A DNA stretch of 53,743 nt from an uncultured Myxococcales bacterium. GTDB lineage: Bacteria; Myxococcota; B64-G9. Position 1 is the stretch's first letter. Every line of letters begins with the position of its first letter. The stretch lies in the NCBI GenBank assembly GCA_964431605.1, contig CAYSLH010000004.1, forward strand, positions 1 through 53,743, given 5' to 3'. Positions 1 through 10,631 of this stretch are shown here, one piece after another. A program made the translations under genes and the position numbers. The notes under the pieces are model-generated. The model was not told where the DNA came from. It worked only from the letters and a program-made list of their open reading frames with translations, and did no database searches.

Positions 1-60
1 TAGACATCGCGATTTTCAAGTATCTCCAAGACATCATCCACAATAGGTGGGTCGATTTCC

Positions 61-96
61 TTAAACCAAGAAACCGACCACTTTCGTGATCGGTTT
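61..96 (-). terminator. putative intrinsic terminator downstream of tRNA-Asp
   Basis: Inverted repeat 71-80 / 87-96 (9 of 10 bp, loop ctttcg). On the minus strand it is followed by a moderately U-rich run (cuugguuu). Confidence 0.35.
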
Positions 97-110
97 CCCT
101 GATTCGGTTA

Positions 111-184
<74 letters not shown>

Positions 185-310
185 ACGTATCCGTATCTAC
201 TCCGTATCTTCCAAAGAACACACCTGCAAACTTCTACTGCCATAATTCCATAATTCCATCAAAAACATTTTCAAGGCCCAAAATTCCCATGGGCTGTGAA
301 AATCTGATAA

Positions 311-383
311 TGGGCGGGACAGGGCTCGAACCTGCGACCTCCGGCGTGTAAAGCCGATGCTCTCCCAGCTGAGCTACCCGCCC
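311..383 (-). tRNA. tRNA-Val (anticodon TAC)
   Basis: Reverse complement is GGGCGGG TA GCTC AGCTGGGA GAGC A TCGGC TTTACAC GCCGG AGGTC GCAGG TTCGAGC CCTGT CCCGCCC A, a canonical 73-nt cloverleaf. Confidence 0.9.
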
Positions 384-441
384 ATATCCCACGGCCACAT
401 CAGCAAAGTTTTCAATGAACAGCATCAAACACGGACGCCAT

Positions 442-470
442 GAATTAGCAAACCCGCATGGGGTTGTCAA
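442..470 (-). promoter_or_regulatory. sigma-70-like promoter for the tRNA-Val/tRNA-Asp pair
   Basis: On the minus strand: TTGACA (465-470), a 17-nt spacer, then TAATTC (442-447). It lies between the lon stop and tRNA-Val. Confidence 0.3.
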
Positions 471-479
471 ACATTTTTT

Positions 480-2948
480 CTAGTTTACCGTTGCCGACTC
501 ATCCAAGGGCGGCTCCTCGGAAGAAGACTGCTGCAAATGTTCATCTTCCGTACTAACAGGATCCGTGAAAAACGAATCCGGATCATCCAACCTGAGGGCC
601 AATCTAAGGACCTGATCCACGTGAGACACGGGATGAAAAGTCATGGCGTTGGCTATTACCTTGGGGATATCCTTCAGATCTTTCTGGTTTTCCTCTGGAA
701 TGATTACCTCTGTCACCATTCCTCGATGTGCGGCCAAGACCTTTTCCTTCAGACCACCAATGGGAAGCACTCTTCCCCTCAGTGTTATTTCTCCAGTCAT
801 GGCGATATCACGTCTTACCGGAATTCCCAACAGGGCTGAGACCAAACACGTTGCCATGGTTATACCTGCGGACGGGCCATCCTTTGGGGTTGCTCCTTCG
901 GGGACATGGACATGGATATCATATTTTTCGTAAAACTTCTCATCCAAACCAAGTCTCTTGGCCCTAGATCGCACATAGGACAAAGCAGCCTGGGCGCTTT
1001 CCTGCATCACGTCACCAAGTTTTCCCGTAAGAATGAGTTTTCCCTTTCCCGGCATCACTGTAACCTCTGTCTGAAGGAGTTCCCCTCCAAACTGAGTCCA
1101 CGCAAGTCCGGTGGTCAACCCCACCCTGTCCTCTTCTTCTATTTGACCGATTCGATAACGATGAACACCAAGGTATTTCTGTACGGACTTAGCCCCTACC
1201 CTAATCTTTATATCCTTACCTTCCTTTATGACCTTTTTGGCCACCTTGCGGCAAATACTGGCGATCTCTCGCTCCAGGTTTCTGACTCCGGCCTCTCTCG
1301 TGTATCGATCTATGATTGTTCCAAGGGCACTGTCTGCAAACTTGACATCCACGCCACTAAGCCCGTTCTCCTCGATTTGCTTACCCACCAGGAACTGCTT
1401 GGCGATATTGAGCTTATCGTATCTCGTGTAGCCTGGAAGCCTTATTATCTCCATGCGGTCCTGCAAGGGCGCGGGAATCCCAGGCAGAGTATTGGCTGTC
1501 GTGATGAACATCACCCTGCTAAGATCATAGTCCACATCCAAATAGTGATCATTAAAGGCATTGTTTTGCTCAGGATCGAGAACCTCCAATAGTGCCGCGG
1601 AAGGATCTCCTCTGAAGTCGGCGGACATCTTGTCTACTTCGTCCAGCAAAAATACCGGATTTCCCGCCCCTGCCTTTTTCATATGCTGAATAATCTTGCC
1701 AGGGAGCGCTCCGATGTATGTCCTGCGATGACCACGAATCTCCGCCTCATCCCTTACTCCACCAAGAGAAAGCCTTACGAATTTTCTACCAGTAGCCCTC
1801 GCTATGGAACGTCCGAGAGAGGTCTTACCAACCCCTGGAGGCCCCACGAAGCACAGGATTGGACCCTTGATCTTCTGGACCAAAGCCTGAACGCTGAGGT
1901 ACTCCAAAATCCTTTCCTTGGCTTTCTTGAGTCCGTAATGATCCTCGTCAAGGATTCTCTCCGCTTCGTCGATGTCCAGCTTGTCATCGGTATACTCGTA
2001 CCAGGGAAGAGACAACATCCAATCCACATAATTACGAACAACCGTTGCCTCTGCGCTCATGGGCGACATCATCTTGAGTTTACGGAGTTCTTTCTGTGTT
2101 TTTTCTACAGCCTCTTTAGACATCTTCTTTTTCTTCAGTCGTTCGTCGAGCTCCTGCAACTCTGCCCTGTATTCATCCTTCTCACCCAGTTCCTTCTGAA
2201 TGGCTTGCATCTGCTCATTGAGGTAATATTCTTTCTGGGTTCGCTCCATCTGTTTTTTCACTCTGGTGCGGATTTTCTTTTCGATCTGGAGAATCTCTAT
2301 CTCCGCCTGGAGCAACTCGTAGAGCTTCTTGAGACGCACCTGGGCATCTTCAGTCTCGAGCAATGTCTGCTTGTCCTTGAGCTTCAGGTTCAGGTTTGCA
2401 GCCACCGTATCTGCAAGACGATTTGGCTCGTCTATGGCGGAAGTAGAGTGAACCATCTCAGGGGGAATCTTCTTGTTTAGCTTGACGTACTGCTCAAAGG
2501 AGGCATTGATCGATCGCATCAAAGCTTCGACTTCCCGATTGACATCCACCTTTTCTGAAACCTCTTCCACCTCCACCTTGAAAAACGGATCGGAGGTAAC
2601 AAACTTCTTGATCCTGGCTCTTCTCTTTCCTTCCACCAAGACCTTGACCGTTCCATCCGGTAACCTTAGAAGCTGGATAATGGATGAAAGAGACCCAACC
2701 GTGTAGATATCATCTGCGGTAGGATCGTTCGTTTTTGCCTTCATCTGAGCACAAAGCAGGATCTCCTTCTCCCTGCGCATGGAATCCTCGAGTGCTTTTA
2801 TTGATTTTTCCCTTCCTACAAAGAGAGGCACCACCATGTGAGGAAACACGATGATATCCCTCAACGGCAATAATGGAAGAACACGAGCCGAAGGAATGGG
2901 AGGAGGATTTTCTGATCTTTCATCTTTGTCTTTGTCGAACATGAACAC
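480..2948 (-). CDS. lon: ATP-dependent Lon protease
   Basis: 822 aa. N-terminal LON substrate domain ([23 protein letters not shown]), Walker [10 protein letters not shown], and the protease serine motif [11 protein letters not shown]. Follows clpX as in the classical cluster. Confidence 0.97.
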   Translation of the reverse strand: MFMFDKDKDERSENPPPIPSARVLPLLPLRDIIVFPHMVVPLFVGREKSIKALEDSMRREKEILLCAQMKAKTNDPTADDIYTVGSLSSIIQLLRLPDGTVKVLVEGKRRARIKKFVTSDPFFKVEVEEVSEKVDVNREVEALMRSINASFEQYVKLNKKIPPEMVHSTSAIDEPNRLADTVAANLNLKLKDKQTLLETEDAQVRLKKLYELLQAEIEILQIEKKIRTRVKKQMERTQKEYYLNEQMQAIQKELGEKDEYRAELQELDERLKKKKMSKEAVEKTQKELRKLKMMSPMSAEATVVRNYVDWMLSLPWYEYTDDKLDIDEAERILDEDHYGLKKAKERILEYLSVQALVQKIKGPILCFVGPPGVGKTSLGRSIARATGRKFVRLSLGGVRDEAEIRGHRRTYIGALPGKIIQHMKKAGAGNPVFLLDEVDKMSADFRGDPSAALLEVLDPEQNNAFNDHYLDVDYDLSRVMFITTANTLPGIPAPLQDRMEIIRLPGYTRYDKLNIAKQFLVGKQIEENGLSGVDVKFADSALGTIIDRYTREAGVRNLEREIASICRKVAKKVIKEGKDIKIRVGAKSVQKYLGVHRYRIGQIEEEDRVGLTTGLAWTQFGGELLQTEVTVMPGKGKLILTGKLGDVMQESAQAALSYVRSRAKRLGLDEKFYEKYDIHVHVPEGATPKDGPSAGITMATCLVSALLGIPVRRDIAMTGEITLRGRVLPIGGLKEKVLAAHRGMVTEVIIPEENQKDLKDIPKVIANAMTFHPVSHVDQVLRLALRLDDPDSFFTDPVSTEDEHLQQSSSEEPPLDESATVN

Positions 2949-2980
2949 CTCTTGTAACGAAAAATCGTCGATAACCGGGA

Positions 2981-4234
2981 CTAAGCACTTTCCGACTGCT
3001 GGTCAAAAAGCAAAAGCGGTTTTTCCTTGTGGTCGATCACTTCACCGTTTACGACGACTTCCCTAATAGTTCGCCTTGACGGAATCTCATACATGAGATC
3101 CAGCATTGCGTTTTCCAGGATCGAACGAAGCCCTCTTGCGCCGGTTTTTCGTTCCAGCGCCTGTCGGGCAACAGCACGCAGGGCGTCATCCGTAAATCTC
3201 AACACCACATCATCCATTTCGAACAATCTAAGGTACTGCTTGACCAAGGCATCCTTTGGTTCCACTAAAATACGCAGTAACATGTCCTCATCTAATTCGT
3301 GCAGAGTTGTCTTGACCGGCAAGCGACCAATAAACTCGGGGATCAGGCCGAACTTCATCAAATCTTCACTCTCAACCTGGGCCAAGATCTCTCCCAAAGA
3401 TCTCTCTACCTTTTTCAGTTCGCCACCTGTAAACCCGATGGCATTCTCGCCAAGCCTGCGTTCGATAATCTGGCTCAACCCGTCGAATGCCCCACCACAA
3501 ATGAACAGGATGTTTGTAGTATCCACAGGTAAAAAATCCTGCTGTGGATGTTTCCTCCCACCCTTTGGCGGAACATTTGCGACTGTTCCTTCGATTATCT
3601 TCAAAAGTGCCTGCTGCACGCCTTCGCCTGACACGTCCCGCGTAATGGACGGGTTCTCACTCTTGCGGGAGATCTTGTCGATCTCGTCGATGTAAACGAT
3701 TCCATGGGACGCTCTTTCCACATCCTGGTCAGCGGCATGCAACAAATTGACTATGATGTTCTCCACGTCCTCGCCCACATAACCAGCCTCGGTAAAAGTA
3801 GTGGCATCCACTATGGTAAAAGGCACGTTGAGAAATCTAGCCAGGGTTCTTGCCAACAAGGTCTTTCCGGTACCGGTGGGTCCGATAAGTAAAATGTTGG
3901 ATTTCTGTAGTTCCACATCATCCACCACACCTGCAGTGGCAACCCTCTGGTAATGATTATGTACAGCAACGCTGAGAACTTTTTTTGCCTGCTGCTGTCC
4001 GATTACAAAATTATCCAGCTCTGCCTTGATCTCAGCAGGCTTGGGAACGACCATGGAATTTTGACCGGAATCTCGCTCAAGCTCCTCTTCTATTATATCG
4101 TTGCAAAGGGCGATACACTCGTCACAAATATAGACAGTCGGTCCAGCAATGAGCTTGCGGACCTCTCTCTGGCCCTTGCCACAAAATGAACAAGAAAGAA
4201 AATCAGGAGGCCCGTTGTTGCTTTCGTCGGACAC
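2981..4234 (-). CDS. clpX: ATP-dependent Clp protease ATP-binding subunit ClpX
   Basis: 417 aa. N-terminal zinc-binding C4 motif (CSFCGK...CDEC), Walker A GPTGTGKT, and a pore/IGF-type region. Confidence 0.97.
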   Translation of the reverse strand: MSDESNNGPPDFLSCSFCGKGQREVRKLIAGPTVYICDECIALCNDIIEEELERDSGQNSMVVPKPAEIKAELDNFVIGQQQAKKVLSVAVHNHYQRVATAGVVDDVELQKSNILLIGPTGTGKTLLARTLARFLNVPFTIVDATTFTEAGYVGEDVENIIVNLLHAADQDVERASHGIVYIDEIDKISRKSENPSITRDVSGEGVQQALLKIIEGTVANVPPKGGRKHPQQDFLPVDTTNILFICGGAFDGLSQIIERRLGENAIGFTGGELKKVERSLGEILAQVESEDLMKFGLIPEFIGRLPVKTTLHELDEDMLLRILVEPKDALVKQYLRLFEMDDVVLRFTDDALRAVARQALERKTGARGLRSILENAMLDLMYEIPSRRTIREVVVNGEVIDHKEKPLLLFDQQSESA

Positions 4235-4237
4235 CTT

Positions 4238-4846
4238 CTATTTCTCCTTATCCCCGCCACTCGTAGCTTTTCTGGTTACGACCTCGTCTACGAGCCCGTA
4301 TTCAACGGCGGCCTGGGCATCCATAAAGAAATCCCGGTCCGTATCCCTGGAGATGGTCTTCAAGTCCTTTCCTGTGTGCGAAGAGAGAATCTCGTTCAGA
4401 ATCTCTTTGATTCGCAAGATTTCTTTCGTCTGGATTTCTATATCAGAAGCTTGGCCCGAGACCCCGCCAAGAGGTTGATGGATCATGACGCGGGCATGGG
4501 GCAGGCAATAACGTTTTTCTTTTTTCCCGGCGGCCAGCAACACCGCACCCATACTGGCGGCTTGTCCCATGCAAATAGTCGACACGTCGCATCTTACATA
4601 TTGCATTGTGTCATATATGGCCAGGCCGGCCGACACTGAACCACCGGGAGAATTGATATACAGGTTGATATCCTTATCAGGATCCTCGCTTTCCAAAAAT
4701 AGCATCTGCGCAATGGCGAGATTAGCCACATCGTCATCGATGGCTGTACCCAGAAAAATAATCCTGTCCTTGAGCAGACGGGAATATATATCATATGCTC
4801 TTTCGCCTCGATGGGATTGCTCTACTACAATCGGAACCAAAGTCAT
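4238..4846 (-). CDS. clpP: ATP-dependent Clp protease proteolytic subunit ClpP
   Basis: 202 aa. The catalytic Ser context GQAASMGA and the His context MIHQP are present. Its ATG overlaps the tig stop (ATGA). Confidence 0.97.
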   Translation of the reverse strand: MTLVPIVVEQSHRGERAYDIYSRLLKDRIIFLGTAIDDDVANLAIAQMLFLESEDPDKDINLYINSPGGSVSAGLAIYDTMQYVRCDVSTICMGQAASMGAVLLAAGKKEKRYCLPHARVMIHQPLGGVSGQASDIEIQTKEILRIKEILNEILSSHTGKDLKTISRDTDRDFFMDAQAAVEYGLVDEVVTRKATSGGDKEK

Positions 4847-6189
4847 TGTGAATCTCCCGATGGTTTATTGTCACCTTCGCCTTTGGTGACTTTCTCCTGT
4901 TCACCTTTTCCAATGTTAGACAGATTCATCAAATGGTCAACAACCTTGTCCCTGCGCAAGTTGGCTTTTAATTCAGCGGTTCGGGCGGAATCCGCGTAAA
5001 GGGCCTTGAGTCGGGCGATATTCTCTCCACTCTTGGCAGCCACATCGTTCAGGTGGGTCTCTACGTCGTCATCGCTTACTTCAATCCCCTCTTTATCTGC
5101 GATTGCACCGAGTAAAATAGCCGAAGCCACTTCTTTCTCTGCTCGTGGCGTCAGGTCTTCGAGCATCTTGTCCGTATTTTCTGAGATCTGGTCCGGGGTA
5201 AGCCCCTGGAACTGAAGCATGCTCTGAAGCTCGTGGAGCATAGAAGCCTTCTGCCGTTCGACCAAGGCGGGCGGCACAGGAACTGGATTGGCCTCGAGTA
5301 ACTTGTCTATGAGCTCGGTCTTCGCATCCCTTTCCGCTTTGGACTCCAGTCCCTCTCGAAGCCTTCGCTCCACCATGGCACGAACGTCGTCTGCCGTCTC
5401 GACTCCCTCTTCACCCAGGTCCTTTGCGAACTCGTCATCCAACTCCGGCAGTTCCCTCTGTTTCAACGCTTTGAGCACGACTAAAAAATGCATGGTCTTT
5501 CCAGCCAGATCCTCCGGGAACCCCTCCTTGGGAAACTCCAAGTCGAACTCCTTCTCGTCTCCCACCTTCATGCCGATGATTTCTTCTTCGAATCCAGGCA
5601 CGGTGGAACCGGAACCCAACTCCACCTGGTGGTCGCTCCTCTTTCCTCCTTCCTGCAACTGACCATCCCTGCTCGCTTCATAGTCAATGATTACCGTGTC
5701 CCCTTTTTGGGCCACATCACGACCTTCGACAGGCACCAGAACAGATCGGGCAAGACGCAACCTCTCGATCTCCTCCGAGAGCATCTCCTGGGTTACCTTT
5801 GGCTCCTCGATCTTGATATCAAACCCGGAGATGGTTTTGATCTCGACCTCCGGCTGTACCTCGACCTTGGCGACGAACTTATATGGCTCACCCTCCTTCA
5901 ACTCCCCTTGCTCCAACTCGGGTACTGCAACAGGCTGGATATTGTTCTGTATTAGCACGGCCTCATAGGCTTCCTGGATAAGTCTACCGAGAACGTCGGC
6001 GTTTACCCTCTCGGAATATCTCTGGCGAAGCATGGTCCTTGGGACCTTGCCCTTTCTGAAACCTTTTATGGTGACCTTTTTGGCTAAATCTCTATACTCG
6101 CGATCGAGTTCTTCCGCCAACATGGGCCAGGGCAACTCTACTGAAATCGTTCGGTGGATGGGATCAGGCGTTTCAATGGTAGTCTTCAT
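4843..6189 (-). CDS. tig: trigger factor (peptidyl-prolyl isomerase chaperone)
   Basis: Ribosome-binding N-domain signature (GFRKGKVP), a central FKBP domain and a C-terminal arm domain. I chose the ATG at 6189, which is preceded by GAGGA; the ORF stays open to a GTG at 6201. Confidence 0.93.
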   Translation of the reverse strand: MKTTIETPDPIHRTISVELPWPMLAEELDREYRDLAKKVTIKGFRKGKVPRTMLRQRYSERVNADVLGRLIQEAYEAVLIQNNIQPVAVPELEQGELKEGEPYKFVAKVEVQPEVEIKTISGFDIKIEEPKVTQEMLSEEIERLRLARSVLVPVEGRDVAQKGDTVIIDYEASRDGQLQEGGKRSDHQVELGSGSTVPGFEEEIIGMKVGDEKEFDLEFPKEGFPEDLAGKTMHFLVVLKALKQRELPELDDEFAKDLGEEGVETADDVRAMVERRLREGLESKAERDAKTELIDKLLEANPVPVPPALVERQKASMLHELQSMLQFQGLTPDQISENTDKMLEDLTPRAEKEVASAILLGAIADKEGIEVSDDDVETHLNDVAAKSGENIARLKALYADSARTAELKANLRRDKVVDHLMNLSNIGKGEQEKVTKGEGDNKPSGDSQ

Positions 6190-6214
6190 TTCATTCCTCA
6201 CTCAGGTTGCAATC

Positions 6215-7186
6215 CTAAAAAGCAAAGCCAACGCCGCCTCTTGCAACGGCAGAAAATTCAAATTTCCCGGTCAATGGGTCCTGCATCAATTTCGCACTAC
6301 CACCTATGAGTATCAGCAACCACCGGGTCAAGGCAAAGTCCAAATCAGCTCCCAGTCCAAAACCAAGTCCCAAAGAAGGGGAAATATTCCCTGACGAACC
6401 CTGGTTGGTTATGAACATTTTTCGAACATCAAACTCCAGCATTGCACGCAAGCTCACGGGACCCAACGGGATGCGCCCCATGAATCCAGCGCCTGTATCC
6501 ATCATCAAATACCCGGCGCCCAGCGGACTATCACCAATGAATATATCCACGCGAGCCGCAAGGTAAAGACCCGGCCAGCCAAGTATTTTTCCCAGGTTCC
6601 ACCCCACGTCCAGGTCGGCCCCAGGATCTACACGGCCCCCTCGCTGCACCAGTATCCCACCCCGGACATCCAGCAAGAAATCTGCCTGTGCAATATCAGC
6701 CGAAACACCATCGTCTTTTTTTTCAGTTCTTGGCCCTAACTCCGATGAAGAAATTTCATTTTTGTTTTTCTTGACATCCGAAATAGACCCTCCTGACACG
6801 CCAGTTGATGCTTTGTCTCCAGGCTCTATGGAAGGCACGGTCTTTGCCGGTGGAGACGCTTGTCGATATTGCCAACCACTTTGCCCTGGATCATCTTTCA
6901 CCGAGGGCACATCTTCCAACTCGGGTTTATCCCCCATCACAGGTTGATCCCCTTGCGAGGTTTGTTCAATAGGGGGCAAGGATCTGAGCTTTTTCCTTTT
7001 ATTATTTCTTTTCTTCTTTTTTTTCCTGGATTTTCTCTCAGCCAGCAGTTGTTGTCCCGAACCTCTGCACACAGGCCGAGACACATTTGCGTTTGCCCCT
7101 GATGTTACAAGGAAAAGAGCAACGAATGCCATGATTGACCAAAAGTTACCACCCGGGCCTAGTGTACAAGGTCTCACCAAAATCAT
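6215..7186 (-). CDS. hypothetical secreted/outer-membrane-like protein with a poly-Lys/Arg tract
   Basis: Hydrophobic N-terminus. R/K tract RKSRKKKKKRNNKRKKLR at nt 6983-7036. The C-terminal third has alternating beta-strand-like segments and ends in ...GGVGFAF (terminal Phe, typical of OMP barrels). GGAGG lies upstream of the ATG at 7186; an alternative ATG is at 7132. Confidence 0.5.
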   Translation of the reverse strand: MILVRPCTLGPGGNFWSIMAFVALFLVTSGANANVSRPVCRGSGQQLLAERKSRKKKKKRNNKRKKLRSLPPIEQTSQGDQPVMGDKPELEDVPSVKDDPGQSGWQYRQASPPAKTVPSIEPGDKASTGVSGGSISDVKKNKNEISSSELGPRTEKKDDGVSADIAQADFLLDVRGGILVQRGGRVDPGADLDVGWNLGKILGWPGLYLAARVDIFIGDSPLGAGYLMMDTGAGFMGRIPLGPVSLRAMLEFDVRKMFITNQGSSGNISPSLGLGFGLGADLDFALTRWLLILIGGSAKLMQDPLTGKFEFSAVARGGVGFAF

Positions 7187-7249
7187 TGACCTCCACCATG
7201 GGCTTGACCGATGCCGCCATGGCCCTCAGGGGCAAAGGATAAATGGAAA

Positions 7250-7330
7250 TGCGAGAGGGGGGACTCGAACCCCCACGGCAAAGCCACAGGATCCTAAATC
7301 CTGCGCGTCTACCAGTTCCGCCACTCTCGC
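7250..7330 (-). tRNA. tRNA-Leu (anticodon TAG)
   Basis: Reverse complement has acceptor GCGAGAG/CTCTCGC, anticodon stem CAGGA/TCCTG with loop TTTAGGA, a long variable arm (type II tRNA) and T-arm GGGGG-TTCGAGT-CCCCC. Confidence 0.85.
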
Positions 7331-7395
7331 GCGGGCGAACTTTATGCCATGAAATCGGCCCGTTGTCCACCAAAACAAAAAAAAGAACATGGGGC

Positions 7396-7425
7396 TTGCA
7401 AATTCCCTTGCATTTGTCCTATTGT
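7396..7425 (+). promoter_or_regulatory. sigma-70-like promoter for tRNA-Pro
   Basis: TTGCAA (7396-7401), an 18-nt spacer, then TATTGT (7420-7425), about 13 nt upstream of the tRNA 5' end. Confidence 0.3.
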
Positions 7426-7438
7426 ACCTGCCCTGTAA

Positions 7439-7513
7439 CGGGGCGTAGCGCAGCCTGGTTAGCGCGCCTGCCTTGGGAGCAGGAAGTCGGCGGTTCAAAT
7501 CCGCCCGCCCCGA
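7439..7513 (+). tRNA. tRNA-Pro (anticodon TGG)
   Basis: Acceptor CGGGGCG/CGCCCCG (the C1:G72 pair is typical of bacterial tRNA-Pro). Anticodon stem CCTGC/GCAGG with loop CTTGGGA. T-arm GGCGG-TTCAAAT-CCGCC. Confidence 0.9.
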
Positions 7514-7579
7514 TTTTCTTTCGCATCCTGTAGCCTTGGTCCAACCCATGCCCGACCAGAGGGCAGGAGGGCAGAGAGC

Positions 7580-9229
7580 GTGAACAAGGTGCTCGAAAGC
7601 CCATCCGATTCCCCACAACGCCAGAAGCATCTCAACCCTCGACTGGTCAAATCATTGGTCCTTGCCACGGCTCTTTGCCTTGCGTTCTTGAGGGTGGCTC
7701 CAGCTTTCACGTTCCAGGCGGGAAACGACAGGGTGTTCCTTGGATTTCCATACTCCATAGAAGACACCCTGCAGTATGCGGACTTCGTGGCACAAGCAAA
7801 GGACCATGGAAGCCTGTTTCTTTCAAACCGTTTCACCCTTGACCATGAAAGCCCAAGATTGATCATTTTGCCCATTTATCTCATAGGGCAATTGGCAGCT
7901 ACGTTTGACATGCAAATCTCCACAGCATGGTCCATCTCACAGGCCTTGCTCATAATCTGTTTCGTCCTGCTGTGGTACTGGTTCGTGGGATTTTTTTTCA
8001 AGGACACCACCAGCAGGCTTCTAGCCTTTTCCTTCGTATTGATTGCGGGCGGACTGGACGGTTGGGTCGTGCTGTTTTCAGACATATGGCCCCAGGCCTG
8101 GGTCCATGTGTTGAAAAGAGATCTTTGGGTCGTTCTCGGATGGACTCCGTACATGACCATGTACAACCCCCTGTACCTGGCAGGATGGATCGCGCTTCTA
8201 GCCTGGCTTGGTCTCGTAAAAAAATCCTTTGATGCCGGCGGTACATGGCCTGCCTTGCTGGCCGCCATCGGACTGCCTTTGATATATCTGGTACATGCGT
8301 ATGACTCAGCTGTAGCGATCTTGACATTGACGTTTATACCCCTGCATGCGTTGTTGATACGATTCGATACAAAAGCTTTTTTTCGCGCCTTGCGGACTTC
8401 TGCCATCATTGGCATTGGTATCATACCGGTGGCGTGTATAGCATGGTGGCAATCGAAAGATCCTCTTTTTGCCAAAGTTGCCTCAGAGGGCCAGTCAGGA
8501 ATGTTCGTATCACCGGACATGTGGCTGCTGGGATTCGGCGGCATTTTCCTTACAGCCATGTATGGCATGAGCAACTTGGGGAATAGCACGACCCGTGCAA
8601 GCCTGCTATTCGGCTGGCTCACAGCCAGTGCGCTTTTGTCCTTTTCTCCACTTTTCGAAGGAAGGCATTTTCTATACTTTGTCTCTCTACCCCTTGGTCT
8701 CGTGGCAGTCGACGGGCTATTGCTGCTCAAAAACAAGATCGCCTGGACCAGAAAGAAAAAAGTCGTCTTCGCGGTTGTCATCGTGCTGATTTTCGGAAAC
8801 TCGTTCATCAGAACAACGCAAAGGGCTTTTACCCATCCATACAAAGACCCGCGCATGACCATAAGCAAATCCGAGTTGGCCATGGCGAAAAGACTTCGAG
8901 CCCTGCCTCCTGGAGGGGTGCTGGCTTCTCGCAAGACCTGTTTATGGCTACCGCACATCTGTGATCACAGGTGCGTCATGGGGCACTGGTTTCTAACATG
9001 GGACATGGCACAAAAGATGAGTATGTTCAAACGGCTGGTATCTGGCCGTATTTCACCGGAAGCTACGGACGTATTGCTGAAAAAATTCGGAGCCAAGTAT
9101 CTCTTCTGGAGCACGACCGAATCGACCATGGGAAGCATTCCCAGGCCCGCCCGAGTACAACTGTTGCCTTTGGCCAAAACGAACGATACGATTCTTTATG
9201 AAATTCGTACTAATCCAGCCATGGAATAA
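7580..9229 (+). CDS. polytopic integral membrane protein, GT-C-like (putative lipid-linked glycosyltransferase fold)
   Basis: 549 aa with about 11-12 hydrophobic helices. A long first extracytoplasmic loop carries acidic residues (YSIEDTLQY), and there is a C-terminal soluble domain of about 130 aa. This layout resembles ArnT/PMT-type GT-C enzymes. GTG start preceded by GGAGGG. The function is not established. Confidence 0.4.
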   Translation: MNKVLESPSDSPQRQKHLNPRLVKSLVLATALCLAFLRVAPAFTFQAGNDRVFLGFPYSIEDTLQYADFVAQAKDHGSLFLSNRFTLDHESPRLIILPIYLIGQLAATFDMQISTAWSISQALLIICFVLLWYWFVGFFFKDTTSRLLAFSFVLIAGGLDGWVVLFSDIWPQAWVHVLKRDLWVVLGWTPYMTMYNPLYLAGWIALLAWLGLVKKSFDAGGTWPALLAAIGLPLIYLVHAYDSAVAILTLTFIPLHALLIRFDTKAFFRALRTSAIIGIGIIPVACIAWWQSKDPLFAKVASEGQSGMFVSPDMWLLGFGGIFLTAMYGMSNLGNSTTRASLLFGWLTASALLSFSPLFEGRHFLYFVSLPLGLVAVDGLLLLKNKIAWTRKKKVVFAVVIVLIFGNSFIRTTQRAFTHPYKDPRMTISKSELAMAKRLRALPPGGVLASRKTCLWLPHICDHRCVMGHWFLTWDMAQKMSMFKRLVSGRISPEATDVLLKKFGAKYLFWSTTESTMGSIPRPARVQLLPLAKTNDTILYEIRTNPAME

Positions 9230-9241
9230 ATGGAGAAAGCC

Positions 9242-10621
9242 ATGAGTGATGGTTTCGATTTCGAAGGAGACGGCGAGGCTGACGCAGAAGCAACATGCGT
9301 CAGGATAGATCCACTCGTAACATCAAGGACCGCACCGGTAGTTTCACAAAAAACTAAGCCGCGCACCGTGGAATTCAACCCATCCCAACCAAAAACATTG
9401 GCCGACACAGGTCTCAGTCCCTCCTATGTAGAAGAGCTTTGCCTCAAGCACCTCTTCCAGGCAGGAGACTTGCAAGGCTCCGAAATTGTCAGGCGCCTGT
9501 GCCTTCCAAGCGCACTGGTGGAAAAGGTCATGTCCAGGCTTCATAAGTCCAAGTACGTGGAGATAAAGGGTACATCCGGAGGCGGACTGGGCCGCAGCGG
9601 AATGATCTTTGCAATCACGAACCAAGGCCTTACCTACGTGGAACACTCCATGGAACGTGACCGATACGTGGGCCCGGCGCCTGTGCCTTACCATCAGTAC
9701 CTGGATGCCGTGGCCGCCCAATCCATAAGGGGCAACGACCTGCAGCGTGAAAATCTGCTTCCTCACTTCGAGGACCTGGTACTTGGCGAGGAGGTTTTCG
9801 ATGCCATCGGACCCGCCATGAACAGCGGCCAGGCACTGTTTTTCTATGGTCCACCGGGCAACGGTAAGACAGCCATCTGCCAAAGGATGACCGATTGCTT
9901 TGGGGGTTCGGTGTTTATACCATACAGCGTCATCGTGGATGACTTTATCATCAAGATTTTCGATGAGACCATCCACAAACCCACAGAAGACGATCTGCCA
10001 TCTTTCGATGGCAGATGGGTTCGCTGCCACAGGCCCATGGTGGTGGTGGGTGGAGAGCTGATGCTCCATGACCTGGACTTATCCTATTCATCCGAGGTGA
10101 AATACTACGAAGCGCCATTCCAGATGAAAGCGAATAACGGAATGCTCCTCATAGATGACTTCGGCCGGCAAAAGGTCTCACCTAAAGATTTGCTCAATCG
10201 ATGGATAGTTCCCCTCGAAAGCGAGATGGATTTTTTATCCATGCATACAGGCAAAAAACTTCAGGTACCGTTCGACGTGTTCGTAACCTTCTCCACCAAC
10301 CTAAACCCCAAAGAACTGGTGGATTCTGCGTTCATGCGAAGAGTGCCGTACAAACTCGAGGTTCAACGACCTGACCTGGATGTTTTCAAAAAAATATTTG
10401 TGCAGGAATGTAATAAGCGACGCATACCATTCGATGAAGATGTTTTCGACTACCTAGTTCAGACCCATTACACTCCAAACCAACGTCCCTTTAACGCCTG
10501 TGAGCCCAGGGATCTCCTCAAGCAAGTGGTAAGCCTGTGTTCGTACATGGGCGTAGAACCTCACATGGACACCGGCATCATCGATCGAGTCGTTGATAAC
10601 TATTTTGTACAATTTGAATAA
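9242..10621 (+). CDS. AAA+ ATPase with an N-terminal winged-helix-like region (MoxR/Mg-chelatase-like core pattern)
   Basis: Walker A FFYGPPGNGKT (nt about 9848-9871). Walker B MLLIDDFGRQ (about 10142-10159). Sensor-1 FSTNLNP. Arg pair SAFMRRV. The segment DLLNRWIVPLE...FLSMHTGKKLQVPFDVFV resembles the substrate-engaging segment of MoxR/BchI/EBP-type AAA+. I prefer the ATG at 9242 (GGAG 6 nt upstream); the ORF also has an ATG at 9230, abutting the upstream stop. Confidence 0.7.
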   Translation: MSDGFDFEGDGEADAEATCVRIDPLVTSRTAPVVSQKTKPRTVEFNPSQPKTLADTGLSPSYVEELCLKHLFQAGDLQGSEIVRRLCLPSALVEKVMSRLHKSKYVEIKGTSGGGLGRSGMIFAITNQGLTYVEHSMERDRYVGPAPVPYHQYLDAVAAQSIRGNDLQRENLLPHFEDLVLGEEVFDAIGPAMNSGQALFFYGPPGNGKTAICQRMTDCFGGSVFIPYSVIVDDFIIKIFDETIHKPTEDDLPSFDGRWVRCHRPMVVVGGELMLHDLDLSYSSEVKYYEAPFQMKANNGMLLIDDFGRQKVSPKDLLNRWIVPLESEMDFLSMHTGKKLQVPFDVFVTFSTNLNPKELVDSAFMRRVPYKLEVQRPDLDVFKKIFVQECNKRRIPFDEDVFDYLVQTHYTPNQRPFNACEPRDLLKQVVSLCSYMGVEPHMDTGIIDRVVDNYFVQFE

Positions 10622-10631
10622 AGTTACCAAC

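Noticed and set aside
1-60. Possible 5' end of a minus-strand gene leaving the window (GTG GAT GAT GTC TTG GAG...)
   Set aside because: At most about 13-20 codons are visible, the spacing of the start/RBS is ambiguous, and the sequence is too short to support a call.
234-470. 78-aa minus-strand ORF in the track
   Set aside because: It is read straight through tRNA-Val (311-383) and the tRNA promoter region, so it is an artefact of the open frame.
6983-7036. Long polypyrimidine (plus strand) tract as a regulatory or triplex element
   Set aside because: It is in frame within the 6215-7186 ORF and encodes the Lys/Arg tract. I treat it as coding low-complexity sequence.
7146-7630. Several 65-134 aa ORFs on both strands (7146-7373, 7226-7630, 7243-7533, 7419-7616)
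   Set aside because: They overlap tRNA-Leu and tRNA-Pro and their promoter region. None has an RBS or a recognisable domain.
7876-8958. 360-aa ORF antisense to the polytopic membrane protein gene
   Set aside because: Its composition is Ser/Arg/Ala/Pro-rich low-complexity sequence, typical of antisense frames. The sense frame encodes a coherent multi-TM protein with an RBS.
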